Positions 63,418-64,000 of a stretch of 64,000 nucleotides of DNA are shown in pieces. The notes under the pieces are model-generated. The model was not told the origin of the DNA. It was given only the letters and a program-made list of their open reading frames with translations, and ran no database searches. The number at the start of each line of letters is the position of its first letter. Within the stretch, counting starts at the first letter, position 1. This DNA comes from Prasinococcaceae sp. CCMP 1430 (taxonomy: Eukaryota > Plantae > Prasinodermophyta). The translations under genes and the position numbers were made by a program. The stretch lies in NCBI GenBank assembly GCA_013416795.1, contig RQSC01000015.1, positions 617,218 to 681,217 on the forward strand. Direction: 5' to 3'.

Positions 63418-64000
63418 CCACGGGATCGGATGAGGCAGCAACGGTCGCGCAGCTGGATAATGTGCTCACGCGGCTCGCCATGACTGACGACTCGAAGCTC
63501 GAGAGGGTGCTCGACAAGCTGCTGCCGCAGCTGGTTGCGCAGCTTGGCACAGCGGGGCCACAGGCGCGTGCGAAGCTGCTTGCGGTCCTCAGCCATGTCA
63601 ACAAGCGCGTGCGTTCGGTAGAAAGCATGCGCCTACCACTCACGGAGCTCGTCGCGCTGTATGGCCGGTCGGCGTCAGCGCCGCTCGTGCTAAACTTCGC
63701 GATCGTGTACATTGAGATGGCCTTTGCCCGCGCGACAAGAGAGGATTGCGCGGCCGTGGCCGCGCCGCTCCTCGAAGGCGTCGGCTGCCGCTCCGAACAG
63801 CACAAGCCGATTCTCCTTCGCACGGCGGTGGACGGCCTCGCCGCTCTGGAGAAAGAAGGCGGTGCTGCCGCGAGCGTCGACAGTGTCCGCGCCGATTTCA
63901 CCTTCCTGCGTTCGGAGCTGGACAAGGCTACCTTCATGGCCTTTGCCAGGGACTGCATGCTCTACGCGCCGCCGAGCGCGCGTGCTGCGAGTGCGCTCGA
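63418..64000 (+). CDS. ECM29: Proteasome adaptor ECM29, 3'-truncated by the window end
   Basis: LDNVLTRLAMTDDSKLERVLDKLLP...RAKLLAVLSHVNKRV...LP..L...PLV.NFAIVYIEMAF.R, the ECM29 N-terminal HEAT signature. Confidence 0.9.

Overview
Compact, very GC-rich eukaryotic nuclear DNA, most consistent with an early-diverging green alga (prasinophyte-like; this is an inference). Supporting signs are short GT-AG introns with GTGCGY donors and a CTGAC branch point, TGTAA signals after many genes, TTTAGGG-type telo-boxes and plant/algal-type proteins. About 30 protein-coding genes can be built by hand. Housekeeping and conserved genes: Mpv17/PMP22, RPL13A, a plastid NusB-like protein, an ankyrin protein, a CS-domain protein, acetyl-CoA synthetase, TRM7, NPL4, CCZ1, arginine decarboxylase, a DExH helicase, dynein-2 LIC, EMC6, an SDR, a Trx-like ferredoxin, an OSBP-related protein, URT1, PSMA2, RecQ, a RETICULATA-like protein, a METTL21-like methyltransferase, an FAD oxidoreductase, an IGHMBP2-like helicase and ECM29. 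There are also three large surface proteins. Most long entries in the ORF track are GC shadow frames. Top candidates for novelty: (1) an archaeal/bacterial-type TrmY (tRNA m1-pseudouridine-54) SPOUT methyltransferase fused to three CCHC zinc knuckles and a basic N-terminus; (2) a pol-less, LTR-less retrotransposon Gag-capsid ORF between NPL4 and CCZ1, carrying three co-varying palindromic hairpins with unique spacers; (3) a ~1600-aa secreted protein with ~10 bacterial-type cadherin-like beta-sandwich repeats; (4) an IGHMBP2-like helicase with R3H at the N-terminus; (5) an in-frame TAG and a likely GUG start in otherwise intact genes. Several local defects could be assembly errors. All family assignments come from motif recognition by eye; no searches were run.
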